The position numbers were made by a program, and so were the translations under genes. Below, piece after piece: positions 36,456 to 46,132 of a stretch of DNA of 64,000 bases (positions within the stretch are counted from its first letter, which is position 1; every line of letters begins with the position of its first letter). Origin of the DNA: Vicinamibacterales bacterium (GTDB taxonomy: Bacteria > Acidobacteriota > Vicinamibacteria > Vicinamibacterales > JAMQPK01). Below the pieces are notes generated by a model, which worked only from the letters and a program-made list of their open reading frames with translations, had not been told where the DNA came from and searched no databases. The stretch lies in NCBI GenBank assembly GCA_963762055.1, contig CAVXJF010000007.1, positions 71,452 through 135,451 on the forward strand, written 5' to 3'.

Positions 36456-37360
36456 CCCGCGCGTTCGACGTCGCCGGTGTCGGAACGAACTCCGTCGATC
36501 ACGTTCTGATGCTCTCCGACAGCCTCCAGCATGTCTCGGAAACTGGAAAGTCCCGCGTGGCCGTGCAGCACCGGTTTTTCGGCGGGCAGACCGCAACCGC
36601 CGTGTGCGCCTGCGCTTCGCTCGGGCTTCGCGCTCGATACGCCGGTGTGTTCGGGTCTGACCACGACGGGCAATTGATGCGCGAAGCGCTGCACGCCCGC
36701 GGCATCGACACGTCGGCCAGCGTCGAATCGGACGGCCTCAACAGGCAGGCGGTCATTCTCGTGTACCCGGACGGTCGGCGGACGGTGCTCTGGCATCGGC
36801 CGGACCATCTCACCGGTGCCGCGCGCCGGCTGAGCGGCCTGGTGCTCGACGCGCGGGTCCTGCATCTGGACGATGACGATCCCGAACTGGCGCTGGTGGC
36901 GGCCCAGGCCGCCGCGGCGTCGCAGATGGAGATTACCGCCGACCTCGAACACGCCGGCGAGACTACGGAGCAGCTGATCGCTGCCGTCACCTACCCGATC
37001 TTCGAGCAGAATTTTCCTGGGAGGATCACCGGCGAATCCGATCCGGAGCGGGCGCTGCGAAAGCTGCGGCGTATCACGCCCAACCTGATGTGTGTGACGC
37101 TCGGCGACGCAGGCGCCGCGGCGCTCGACGGCGATCGATTCCACCACTCCCCTGCGTTCGAGGTGGATGCCGTGGACACAACAGGGGCCGGCGATGTCTT
37201 CCGCGGTGCCTTCACCTATGGGCTGCTGCAGGGATGGGATGTGCCGGCGCGGCTGCGGTTCGCGAACGCGGCGGCCGCGCTCAGCTGCACGCGCCTCGGC
37301 GCGATTCCGTCGGTGCCGATGCTGACAGAGGTAGAAGAGCTGCTCCGAAGGTCCGGCTAA
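36452..37360 (+). CDS. PfkB-family carbohydrate kinase
   Basis: It has a GTGA overlap with the upstream gene and the C-terminal DTTGAGDVFRGAF motif. Confidence 0.8.
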   Translation: MTRAFDVAGVGTNSVDHVLMLSDSLQHVSETGKSRVAVQHRFFGGQTATAVCACASLGLRARYAGVFGSDHDGQLMREALHARGIDTSASVESDGLNRQAVILVYPDGRRTVLWHRPDHLTGAARRLSGLVLDARVLHLDDDDPELALVAAQAAAASQMEITADLEHAGETTEQLIAAVTYPIFEQNFPGRITGESDPERALRKLRRITPNLMCVTLGDAGAAALDGDRFHHSPAFEVDAVDTTGAGDVFRGAFTYGLLQGWDVPARLRFANAAAALSCTRLGAIPSVPMLTEVEELLRRSG

Positions 37361-37431
37361 AGCCGGACACTACGTACGATCGTTAAGCCGGACACTACGT
37401 ACGATCGTTAGAGCCGGACGTTACGTACGAT
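37351..37431 (+). repeat. 28-bp hairpin element followed by 25-bp tandem repeats
   Basis: The hairpin gtccggc-taaa-gccggac overlaps the pfkB TAA. The unit agccggacactacgtacgatcgtta occurs exactly twice (37361-37385, 37386-37410), followed by a degenerate third copy. Confidence 0.9.
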
Positions 37432-38805
37432 TTCATTGACGCGTTGACTGGACGCCTCGACCTGCTTCTGCACGTCTTCGTTCAGGCCGAGCTGCCGGCG
37501 GTGCTCCGCGGTGCGGAGAAAGATGTACGCGCGGTCGAGCTCCCGGCAGACCTGTTCGGATATCAACCCGGCCTTGGAGATCGCCTCGAGCACCGTGAGC
37601 GTGCTCGTCTGACGGAGCGAGGGTTGTTGTGACCCGTGCGCCAGCTGGAAGGCACGGGTCAAGGCGTCGATCTCACCTGTCGCACCCGTCGCACCCGTCG
37701 CACCTGTCGCACCCGTCGCACCCAACGCACCTGTCGCACCCAACGCACCCATTCCCGCTGAGGGTCCGTAGACAAATGGCTGGCACACCGACAGGAACTT
37801 CGCGCCCAGTTGCGCGTCACCGCCGATGGGACGCGCGCGGGTCAAGGCGAGGCGCTCCGACACGTCATTCGACGCGCCGTAGTGTTCGGCGTATTCGGCC
37901 AGCGAACAGGCCTTCAGCCACCCATCGGATTGCGGCCACGGCGGCAGGGCGACCCGGTAGAGTACTCCGTCGCGCGTCTCATCCCGGAGAGCCGCAGTCA
38001 GATCGCATCCGACCCTGACGAAGAAGTCACGAACCACCGCCGGATCCTGGGCGCCGTCGGTCAGCGCGTCGAACACATAGAGCAGCTCGATGTGATCGTC
38101 GTAACTCATGTCGCGGCCGCCAAGAGGGCCCATCGCGATTACCGCGAATGTCCCCGGCAGACGCTCGAGCGCGTCGGCGTCGAGCCGCTGCTGCATGACA
38201 ATCGCCAGCGCAAAGTCGACGGTGACCGAGGCCACGTCCGACAACTGCGCGGCGGCCGTCTGCACGGTCTCGTGACGCAGCAGATCGCGCGTGCCGATCC
38301 GCAGGGTCTCCCGGCGCTTCCAGCGCCGAAGCATGTTCAACCCTTCGAAGGGATCGTCGATCGCGGCAAACGCCGACACGAGCTCCTCTTCGTGGTCCTG
38401 CCGATCGGGGGCGCTGCGCGCGACCTGCGACACGAGCCAGTGGAAGTACTCAGGTGTGCGAATCAGGATCTCACTGAGCGGCGGCGACGCCCCCATCACA
38501 TACGTCATCACGTGGAGCGCGCGGGGGTCGTCGCGCAGGTAGTCGAGCAGCATGGCGCGGCTGGTGCGCGACGACACGTATTGCGCGATGTTGGCGGCCG
38601 CGGCGTCGGGATCGGGAGATTCGAGCAGCGCCGCGATCAGATCGGGCGCGATGCGGCCGAGCGCCTCACGGACGACGAGCTCGTCCGCCATCCGCTGCAG
38701 GCATTCGTCCACCGCCGCGGGATCGCGGAAGCCGAGCGACTTAAGATACGCGCGCGCCTGTTCTTCTGTGAGTTCCGCCGAGAGGAAGAGATCTGATGGG
38801 TTCAT
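37408..38805 (-). CDS. half-size GlnE-like nucleotidyltransferase (single NTase module)
   Basis: 465 aa, resembling one GlnE module (RRWKRRETLRIGTRDLL, AMGPLGGRDMSYDDHIELLYVF, then a helical C-domain). It contains an in-frame (GAL/GAT) repeat. Confidence 0.6.
   Translation of the reverse strand: MNPSDLFLSAELTEEQARAYLKSLGFRDPAAVDECLQRMADELVVREALGRIAPDLIAALLESPDPDAAAANIAQYVSSRTSRAMLLDYLRDDPRALHVMTYVMGASPPLSEILIRTPEYFHWLVSQVARSAPDRQDHEEELVSAFAAIDDPFEGLNMLRRWKRRETLRIGTRDLLRHETVQTAAAQLSDVASVTVDFALAIVMQQRLDADALERLPGTFAVIAMGPLGGRDMSYDDHIELLYVFDALTDGAQDPAVVRDFFVRVGCDLTAALRDETRDGVLYRVALPPWPQSDGWLKACSLAEYAEHYGASNDVSERLALTRARPIGGDAQLGAKFLSVCQPFVYGPSAGMGALGATGALGATGATGATGATGATGEIDALTRAFQLAHGSQQPSLRQTSTLTVLEAISKAGLISEQVCRELDRAYIFLRTAEHRRQLGLNEDVQKQVEASSQRVNEIVRNVRL
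37674..37750 (-). repeat. in-frame 9-bp tandem repeat (8.5 units) inside the glnE-like CDS
   Basis: The minus strand reads ggtgcgttg/ggtgcgaca/ggtgcgacg units encoding GALGATGALGATGATGATGATGATG. It is the same unit family as 17695-17756. Confidence 0.9.
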
Positions 38806-38816
38806 TGTCCATCGAT

Positions 38817-39146
38817 CTAAACGTCCTTCTCGCCCGTTCGAATGTTGTAGCCCTGCTCCACCGGCATCACGAACACGCGGCCATCGCCGATCTCGCCGGT
38901 TCGCGCTGCGCCGATGATCGCCTTGATGGCTTCGTCGACGGCGGCGTCAGGCACGACCACTTCGATTTCCATCTTGGGCAGCAGGCTCACTTCGTATTCG
39001 CGTCCGCGATAGACCGCCGTGTGCCCCTTCTGACGGCCGTGGCCCCGGACTTCGGTGACCGTCATGCCCGCGATGTTCATTTTGCCCAGCGCTTCCTTGA
39101 TGTTGTCCACCATGTTGGGCCGGACGATTGCCTTGATCAGCTTCAT
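38817..39146 (-). CDS. glnB: nitrogen regulatory protein P-II
   Basis: Begins MKLIKAIVRP, with the T-loop GHGRQKGHTAVYRGREY (Tyr51 present). Confidence 0.9.
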   Translation of the reverse strand: MKLIKAIVRPNMVDNIKEALGKMNIAGMTVTEVRGHGRQKGHTAVYRGREYEVSLLPKMEIEVVVPDAAVDEAIKAIIGAARTGEIGDGRVFVMPVEQGYNIRTGEKDV

Positions 39147-39159
39147 TTCCGCTGTCTCC

Positions 39160-41769
39160 TTATTGTGTCGTGTGATGACCGTCGCGCATCGCCGCTCGCG
39201 GCTCCTGAAGCATGCGCTCGAGGCCCGCTTTCAAGGCGGCTTCCTCGCTGTCCGAAAGCTTCGCACCGGCGCGCGTCATGTGAAACACGTCGATGGCTTT
39301 GTGCCCTTCGGTCGAGATCAGGACCAGATCGACGTCAATCCCCTGATCGGAGATGACCCGGCTGACTCGATACAATAATCCCGGCGCGTCTTCGGCAACG
39401 AGTTCGAGCACGGTGTAGCGCTGCGAGTGGCCGTTGTCGAAATACACGACCGGCTCGCGGCGTACGACCGATCGCCGAACCAGCACGCTGCCCTCTTTTC
39501 CCTTGAGCAGCGAGGATACGTCTATTTTCCCGCTCACGACCTCGTGCAGCCGCTTGTCGAATTCCTTCCGGCCTTCGGAATTCCGCTCGAAGAACTCATC
39601 GGTGTCGGCAAACTGGAACACATCGAGCGCCGTCCCGGAAAGGCTGGTGAGCGCGTGCCCGCGGAGAATGTCCATGCTGAAGTATGCGAGCACACCGCAG
39701 ATGTTGGAGAACAGAAACGGCTTGTCGAGCGAGACGACCGTCAGCTCCCACGACTCGGCCTTGCGTTCGAGGAAAAAATGCGCCTCGTCCGGCTTGATGT
39801 CGCGCGAGAGGCGCACGTGGCGGTAGATCGCGTCGGGCGAAAACAGGATCAGGTAGCGTCTGGGCAGACCCTCGAGGAATGCGGCCATCTCGCCCTCGGA
39901 AATGTCGCCCGGCCGATTCGTCTGCAGAGCGGCCACCGACGCCTGCTCGCGGTCGATGATGTCGTCGCCGTAGCCGAGGGTCATCTGGTTGTAGGCGTCG
40001 ACATACAGCCGCCAGAGCAATTCTTCCTTCCACGGCGTCAGCGTGTCGGGGCTGACGGCGCCGACGTCGCACAGCGTCAGTAGAACGAGCATCTTCAGGT
40101 GCTCTTCGGTGCTGAACAACGAGGCGAATTGCCGGACGACTTCTGGCTCTTCGGTATCGCGACGGAACGCCACGCGCGACATATTGAGGTGATAGCGAAT
40201 CAGAAAATCGATCGTCTGCCTGCCGTCTTCATCGAGACCGAGCCGCTGCGCCATGCCCCTCGCCATCTCGGCGCCGACGATGGAATGGTCGCCTTCGCGC
40301 GCCTTGCCCACGTCGTGATACAGCAGCGCGAGGACGAGCAGCTCGGGAACGCGCACCTCGCGCAGAATCGGACCGAACCTCGGGTTGTTCAACAGGCGCT
40401 CGGCGTTGCGCACCGTGAGGAGCGTGTGCTCGTCGACGGTGTATTTGTGATAGAAATCGCGCGTCACCTGGCACGAAATTTCGTTCAGCTCGGGAAAAAT
40501 CGCGCCCAGCAGGCCGCAGTCGCGCATCTCGCTGAGCCGCGCCGACAATCCGGGACGCGGCCGCATGAACTGCAGAATCCGCTGCTGATGGGCGGGGGTC
40601 GGGTGAAACACCTGCGGCGGGTAGTTGTGCACCTGCTGCTCTCGCTCCATCATCGCGAGCGCATCATCGGCCACCGGCACGTTGCGAGAAACAGCGGCCT
40701 CGAATGCGAGCAGCCATTCGGCGGGCGACGCGGCCGCCTTGGCGGGATCGCGGAACGTGATGCCCTCGACCACCCACATCAGGTTTTCGCCGACGAGGCG
40801 GATGGGAATCGGCGCAGGCGGCACGGCCGCGCGGCGCACGCGGCCGAGCGCGCGCGTCACGCTCCGCGCATCGCGGAAAAACCCGGTCATCAACGACTCG
40901 ACCCGGCGGCGCATGTCGGCCCCGGGAATCTTCATCCGCTCGACGGCTTTCTCCTGGAGCTCATAGCTGAGCACATTGGCGTTCCGCCCGGTGTCGAGAT
41001 GCAGGCCCGAGCGAATGCGCGTGAGGAATTCTTCGGCGTCATTCACACGGTCGGGTGACGGCCCGCGTACGATGTGGCGACGGTCGCCGCCGAGCCGCAG
41101 CATCATGCGGGTCGCCCAGACGTCGCGCAGCGCGCCAGGTCCGTCCTTCACGTCGGGCTCGAGCTGATAGAACGTGTCATGGAACTCGCTGTGACGTTGA
41201 TCGGTCAGGTTCATGAGCGCGTCGATAATCTGCGGCCGCCACGCGTCGGCCACCGACGTCACAAAGCCGTCGAGGTGCTGCAGGAGCTTCCGATCGCCGG
41301 CCAGCGGCCTCAAGTCCATCAGCGCGAGCAGATATTCGGGGTTGCTGGTGTCGGGCTGGTCGAAGTCGCCGAGTTCGCGGACGTGATGGCCGACCTGAAA
41401 GCGCAGGTCCCACAGCGGATGCAGGAGCGCTTTGACGAATCGCTCATCGGGACGGCCGATCGCCGCGCCGAAGACCACGAGGAGGTCGATATCGGAATGC
41501 AGGAACTGCGACTTGCGGCCGTAACCACCCACCGCACACACCGCAAGCGGCGCATTCGTGTGTACGCGCGCGGCATCGACCAGCTCGCGGATGATGCCGT
41601 CGATCGCGTCGGCGTGCCTCGTCAGGGCGGCGCGGCCACCTTCGCCGCGCTCGGTGGCGGCAATCAGCTCCTGCCGCGCAGTCTGCAACGCCGTGGACAG
41701 CCGGGTACGCAGCTCCGCCTGGTCGACGTCTTTCCCCTTAGCGGGGCGCATTGCCACCCATGACGCCAT
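39160..41769 (-). CDS. glnD: [protein-PII] uridylyltransferase/uridylyl-removing enzyme GlnD
   Basis: 869 aa. The NTase motif GGYGRKSQFLHSDIDLLVVF, an HD domain (LLYHDVGK) and two C-terminal ACT-like segments are present. Confidence 0.9.
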   Translation of the reverse strand: MASWVAMRPAKGKDVDQAELRTRLSTALQTARQELIAATERGEGGRAALTRHADAIDGIIRELVDAARVHTNAPLAVCAVGGYGRKSQFLHSDIDLLVVFGAAIGRPDERFVKALLHPLWDLRFQVGHHVRELGDFDQPDTSNPEYLLALMDLRPLAGDRKLLQHLDGFVTSVADAWRPQIIDALMNLTDQRHSEFHDTFYQLEPDVKDGPGALRDVWATRMMLRLGGDRRHIVRGPSPDRVNDAEEFLTRIRSGLHLDTGRNANVLSYELQEKAVERMKIPGADMRRRVESLMTGFFRDARSVTRALGRVRRAAVPPAPIPIRLVGENLMWVVEGITFRDPAKAAASPAEWLLAFEAAVSRNVPVADDALAMMEREQQVHNYPPQVFHPTPAHQQRILQFMRPRPGLSARLSEMRDCGLLGAIFPELNEISCQVTRDFYHKYTVDEHTLLTVRNAERLLNNPRFGPILREVRVPELLVLALLYHDVGKAREGDHSIVGAEMARGMAQRLGLDEDGRQTIDFLIRYHLNMSRVAFRRDTEEPEVVRQFASLFSTEEHLKMLVLLTLCDVGAVSPDTLTPWKEELLWRLYVDAYNQMTLGYGDDIIDREQASVAALQTNRPGDISEGEMAAFLEGLPRRYLILFSPDAIYRHVRLSRDIKPDEAHFFLERKAESWELTVVSLDKPFLFSNICGVLAYFSMDILRGHALTSLSGTALDVFQFADTDEFFERNSEGRKEFDKRLHEVVSGKIDVSSLLKGKEGSVLVRRSVVRREPVVYFDNGHSQRYTVLELVAEDAPGLLYRVSRVISDQGIDVDLVLISTEGHKAIDVFHMTRAGAKLSDSEEAALKAGLERMLQEPRAAMRDGHHTTQ

Positions 41770-41800
41770 AAGGATACTTCGCCGCCGGCATCGACGAGCA

Positions 41801-41862
41801 GGGATTCGGTACCCGGGTTTATCCCGATCCCGGATTCACCAATCCCCGATCCCCGATCCCGA
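41801..41862 (+). repeat. CCCGATCC word spacer
   Basis: Sequence is gggattcggtacccgggtttatcccgatcccggattcaccaatccccgatccccgatcccga. Confidence 0.75.
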
Positions 41863-41879
41863 GTAGCGAGAACGCGTCT

Positions 41880-42749
41880 TCAGTAGGTCATGCCGATGCC
41901 GATGGAGACGATAACCTGGCTGCCTTCGGGCTCGCCGTCCTTGACGTTGAGCGATTTCGTCCCGTCGCCAAGGGCGAGGAAGTTCACGCCGCCGTGAAGA
42001 TTCCAGGTGCCGAACTTCGTCGGAGCGCTCGAGAACGGCACGGTGACCAGCGCGCCGATATCGAAAAAGCCGAACCCGTTGTCCTCGCCGTTGGCCTCGT
42101 AGTAATCGCTCAAGCTGAAACCGAGCTTCAGCGGAATGCCGAGCGTCGCCCCGCCGCCGCCCAGCGGAAAGCTTGGCGCGGCGCCGAGCTCCGCGTAGGT
42201 GCCCTCTTCCGACCCGCCGTCAGCCTGCCCGCTCAACTCGAACGCCACGAGGCCGTAGGGCGCGAACCTGCTCGCGTGCGCGAACTTGAACGCGAGCTCC
42301 TTCACCGTGCCGAACGAGCCGTTCCCGCTGGTGTAGGCGGTATAGAACGGGGAGATCGTGATGCCCTTCCCCACGCCGAGGTTGAGCATGGCGTAGAAAT
42401 CTTCTTCGTAGTGGCTCCCCTTGCCGGGTATGTCTGAACCGGAACCGGACGAGCCGGTGTTGAGGCTGCTCCACACGCCGAAGTTCATGCTGACGCTCTG
42501 TCCGTCGTCGTTCGAAAACAGCGAGATGCCAACGTCGCCGAAGGCGAACATCGTCAGCGACGGATCCGCTTCCTGCCGGATGCCGCGGAAGAAGTACACA
42601 CTCGGGAAGTCCACGCCCGTCGCGAGCGTGATCGCTCCCGGATTGGGATCATCCTGGGCGCGGGCCGTGCTTGCCGCGCCTGTCAACAGGATTGCCGCAG
42701 CGAGGGTCGTTCTGACGAGTCTGGACGTGTAGGACGAAGATGCGATCAC
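41880..42749 (-). CDS. outer-membrane beta-barrel protein (TorF/Gcw_chp-like putative porin)
   Basis: A signal peptide, alternating beta-strand pattern and an aromatic C-terminus (GIGMTY) are present. The gene sits between amtB and glnD. Confidence 0.55.
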   Translation of the reverse strand: MIASSSYTSRLVRTTLAAAILLTGAASTARAQDDPNPGAITLATGVDFPSVYFFRGIRQEADPSLTMFAFGDVGISLFSNDDGQSVSMNFGVWSSLNTGSSGSGSDIPGKGSHYEEDFYAMLNLGVGKGITISPFYTAYTSGNGSFGTVKELAFKFAHASRFAPYGLVAFELSGQADGGSEEGTYAELGAAPSFPLGGGGATLGIPLKLGFSLSDYYEANGEDNGFGFFDIGALVTVPFSSAPTKFGTWNLHGGVNFLALGDGTKSLNVKDGEPEGSQVIVSIGIGMTY

Positions 42750-42812
42750 GTAGGGCCTCCAGATATGAGGTGCCGGCGGAGCTCCGTGCCCCGCCGGCGG
42801 TTAAGGACACAC

Positions 42813-44216
42813 TCAGGCAACTTCAGCGCGGTTGCGCAGCGACACGGGCGGCGCAAAACCGACATACGCCTCCTGGCCGTGCTCGCCGATATCGAGACCC
42901 ATTTCTTCCTCTTCCTTGCTGACGCGGAGCCCGATCGTGTACTTGATGAGCAGCCAGAACACCGTCGAAATAACCAGGGTATAGACGCCGACGGCCACAA
43001 TGCCCTTGATCTGCGCCATCAGCAGCGTCATGCCGCCGCCATGCAGCAGGCCGTTGCCCGTTGCCGCGCCGGTGATCTTGTCGACGGCGAAAATGCCGAC
43101 ACACAGCGTTCCGAACACGCCGTTGAACAGGTGCACGGGGACCGCACCGACCGGATCGTCAATCTTCAGCGAGTCGAGCAGCTTGACGGCGAAGACGACA
43201 AGCATGCCGGCGAGCAACCCGATGACCAGCGACGCCTGAACGGTCACAAACGCGCACGGCGCGGTGATCGCGACGAGACCGGCGAGCACGCCGTTGACCG
43301 ACATGCTGAGGTCGGGCTTGCCCTCCCACATCCAGTTGATCGCCGTCGCCGACAGGAGCCCCATGAAGGCCGCCGTATTGGTTGTCATGAAGATGTGCGC
43401 GATGGCGTTCGCGTCGACGGCCATCGTGGACCCCGGATTGAACCCGAACCAGCCCAGCCACAACACGAAGCAGCCGATCACGCCCGAGGTGAAACTGTGC
43501 GGCGGAATCGCGTTGACCTTCCCATCCGGGCCGTATTTGCCGAGCCGCGGGCCGAGCACGAGAATGCCCGCCAGCGCCGCCCATCCGCCCACGCTGTGCA
43601 CGACCGTCGATCCCGCGAAGTCCCAGAACCCGGCTGACGCGAGGAAGCCTCCGCCCCAGATCCAGTGGCCGGTGATCGGATAGACAAAGGCCACGAGCAG
43701 GAACGAAAAGACGATGAACGACAGATACTTGATGCGCTCGGCGACGGCGCCTGACACGATCGTCGCCGCCGTGCCGGCGAAGACGAGCTGGAAGAAAAAT
43801 TTCGCGTTCAGCGGAACGCCCGTCCACGCGATCGACTTATAGGCGCCCACATAGGCATCACCGGTCGCGGGACTGTTATCCGCGCCGCCCAGCGCGAAGA
43901 GGCCTTCCAGCCCCATCAACCCGGTGCCGTTGCCGAACATCAGGCCCCAGCCGAACACGTAAAACGCCAGACAGGAGATCGCGAAGACGATGAAGTTCTT
44001 CGAGAGGATGTTGACGGTGTTTTTCGCCCGGCAGAATCCCGACTCCACGAGGGCGAAGCCGAGGTTCATGAAAAATACGAGCGACGCGGTGATTAAAACC
44101 CAGACAGTGTCCATCCCGACTTTGAGGTCGGCAGGCGTCTGCGCCAGTGCGGGTGTCGCTCCCATCACGGATAGCAGCAGCCCGGCCGCCACGATTCCTG
44201 GCAATTGCTTTCTCAT
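42813..44216 (-). CDS. amtB: ammonium transporter AmtB
   Basis: 467 aa with a signal peptide, 11 TM segments and Amt signatures (DFAGSTVVHSVGGWAAL, VHLFNGVFGTL). AAGGAGG lies 5 nt upstream of the ATG. Confidence 0.95.
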   Translation of the reverse strand: MRKQLPGIVAAGLLLSVMGATPALAQTPADLKVGMDTVWVLITASLVFFMNLGFALVESGFCRAKNTVNILSKNFIVFAISCLAFYVFGWGLMFGNGTGLMGLEGLFALGGADNSPATGDAYVGAYKSIAWTGVPLNAKFFFQLVFAGTAATIVSGAVAERIKYLSFIVFSFLLVAFVYPITGHWIWGGGFLASAGFWDFAGSTVVHSVGGWAALAGILVLGPRLGKYGPDGKVNAIPPHSFTSGVIGCFVLWLGWFGFNPGSTMAVDANAIAHIFMTTNTAAFMGLLSATAINWMWEGKPDLSMSVNGVLAGLVAITAPCAFVTVQASLVIGLLAGMLVVFAVKLLDSLKIDDPVGAVPVHLFNGVFGTLCVGIFAVDKITGAATGNGLLHGGGMTLLMAQIKGIVAVGVYTLVISTVFWLLIKYTIGLRVSKEEEEMGLDIGEHGQEAYVGFAPPVSLRNRAEVA

Positions 44217-44281
44217 CGTTCCTCCTTGAACAGAAATGAATGCGGCGCGCCCGATGAACTGTCGCCTCTGCCTACAGGAAT

Positions 44282-44297
44282 TGCACGAGGGATGCCA
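44282..44297 (-). promoter_or_regulatory. sigma-54 (-24/-12) promoter upstream of amtB
   Basis: The minus strand reads TGGCATCCCTCGTGCA, with GG and GC at the consensus spacing (TGGCAC-N5-TTGCA). It lies about 65 nt upstream of the amtB ATG and next to a sigma-54 activator gene. Confidence 0.55.
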
Positions 44298-44557
44298 TTG
44301 TGTGCAAGGGGTAAATTGCGTTTTTGCTAAGGATTTGCACTATTTAGTCGATCCCGCGATCACACAAACGCGTCAGACTACCTGCGCTGAGCGACAATCC
44401 TGTACCTTTCACGAATTGACTCCGGGCCGCGGCAGCCACCGATCGCGGCACAGAATTTTTCGACTCCGGCAAAAACTGTGCAACTCGCCGCGGGCAACGG
44501 CGTCAGGAAGATGGGCCTACAAACTTGTCGGTGTGAACCGAACGGGCAGCGTTTTTG

Positions 44558-46132
44558 TTACTTCTTGAACCGGCGCCAGTCGATGCCCAGCAGCCGCACC
44601 TTGTAGTTCATGATGCGGCCGGTGGTGTTGAGCAGACGCGCGGCCTTGGCCCGGTTGCCGCGCGCCGTCTTCAACGCATCCTGGATCAAGTCCTTCTCAT
44701 ACGCATCGATCGCGTCCTTCAATGAGAGGCTCATCGCCGTGCCGGACGAGGCCGCCGTCTGCAGCGATGGCGGCAGGTGATGCGCGTGCACGACCTGGCC
44801 GTCGCAGACGACCACGGCCCGTTCGACCGCGTTCTCCAGTTCGCGCACGTTGCCGGGCCAGTGATACGCCATCAACATGTCGATCGCCGGTGTCGAGATC
44901 CGCTTGATGTGTTTGCCGTGCGCGAGTGACGCCTTCTCGAGGAAATGGTCGGCGAGCAACAGCAGGTCGGGTTTCCGCTCGCGCAGGGGCGGCAGAAAAA
45001 TGGAGAACACGTTGAGACGGTAGTAGAGATCTTCCCGGAAGCCGCCGTCGGCAATCGCTTTCTCCACGTCCTTGTTGGTGGCGGCGATCATCCGCACGTT
45101 CGTGCGAAGCGTCTTCGTCCCTCCGAGGCGCTCGAATTCTCGCGCCTGAAGCACGCGCAGCAGCTTGATCTGCGTCGCGACGTTCAGCTCCCCGATTTCG
45201 TCGAGAAACAGCGTGCCCCCTTCGGCGAGCTCGAACCGCCCCTTTTTGGCGGCGTGCGCCCCGGTAAACGCGCCCTTTTCATAGCCGAACAGCTCTGACT
45301 CGATCAGGCTTTCGGGAAGCGCCGCGCAGCTGACTTTGATGAACGGCCGTTTCGCGCGCAGCGAGTTGTAGTGCACGGCCTGCGCGATGAGCTCCTTGCC
45401 GGTCCCCGATTCCCCGCGGATGAGCACCGTCGTATCGGTGCGCGCCACTTGAGACACCTGCTCGTACACCAGCCGCATCGGCCCGCTCGTGCCGAGGATG
45501 TTCGAGAAATCGTACCGCTCGCGCAGCTCGCTCTTGAGGTGCGTGTTTTCCTCGCGCAGCCGATCGCGTTCGGCGTCGATGACGCGCTGTATGCGGATCG
45601 ACTGGGCCATGAGCGACGCCACGACGCCCAGGAACTTGACGGTGCGATCGAAATCCCGTTCGGCCTTGAAGCGGAAATCGGCGCCGAGCGCGCCGACAGC
45701 CTTGCGGTTCAGCAGAATGGGCACGCACACGTAACTGATCTCTTCGCGCGACAGCTCCGGCCGATCGGCCGTGCGCCGCAGGAACATCGGCTCCCGCGAC
45801 ACGCGCGGCACGACGATCGGCTTGCCGCTCTGGACGACCCGTCCGGTAATCCCCTCGCCGAGCCGGAATTTCGCGTCGGCGTTTCCGCCCGCCGGCCCTT
45901 CCGAGGCGGCGACCTCGATATCGCCGCTCGCCGTGAGGAGCGTGACGGTGCTCCGGACGACGCTGTGATGGCGCTCGAGAATCGTGAGTACCTGGTGCAG
46001 TGCGGTTTTGTGATTGCTTCCAGCCGCGAGCGTCTGACTGATTTCGAGCAACGTCGACAATCGCCGAAGCTCGCTCGTCCCGCTGCTGGTTGTTGCTTCC
46101 GCTAGTTTCAACCCGGCTGCGCTCCATGCCAT
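44558..46132 (-). CDS. GAF-domain sigma-54-dependent transcriptional activator (NifA-like architecture), copy 2
   Basis: It has the same architecture as 33798-35366 and by eye about 70% identity to it ([17 protein letters not shown]). Confidence 0.9.
   Translation of the reverse strand: MAWSAAGLKLAEATTSSGTSELRRLSTLLEISQTLAAGSNHKTALHQVLTILERHHSVVRSTVTLLTASGDIEVAASEGPAGGNADAKFRLGEGITGRVVQSGKPIVVPRVSREPMFLRRTADRPELSREEISYVCVPILLNRKAVGALGADFRFKAERDFDRTVKFLGVVASLMAQSIRIQRVIDAERDRLREENTHLKSELRERYDFSNILGTSGPMRLVYEQVSQVARTDTTVLIRGESGTGKELIAQAVHYNSLRAKRPFIKVSCAALPESLIESELFGYEKGAFTGAHAAKKGRFELAEGGTLFLDEIGELNVATQIKLLRVLQAREFERLGGTKTLRTNVRMIAATNKDVEKAIADGGFREDLYYRLNVFSIFLPPLRERKPDLLLLADHFLEKASLAHGKHIKRISTPAIDMLMAYHWPGNVRELENAVERAVVVCDGQVVHAHHLPPSLQTAASSGTAMSLSLKDAIDAYEKDLIQDALKTARGNRAKAARLLNTTGRIMNYKVRLLGIDWRRFKK

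Noticed and set aside
44298-44557. A NifA-type upstream activator sequence (TGT-N10-ACA) upstream of amtB.
   Set aside because: I scanned every TGT in the region by eye and none has ACA at the required spacing. Only TTGCAC/GTGCAA half-sites are present.
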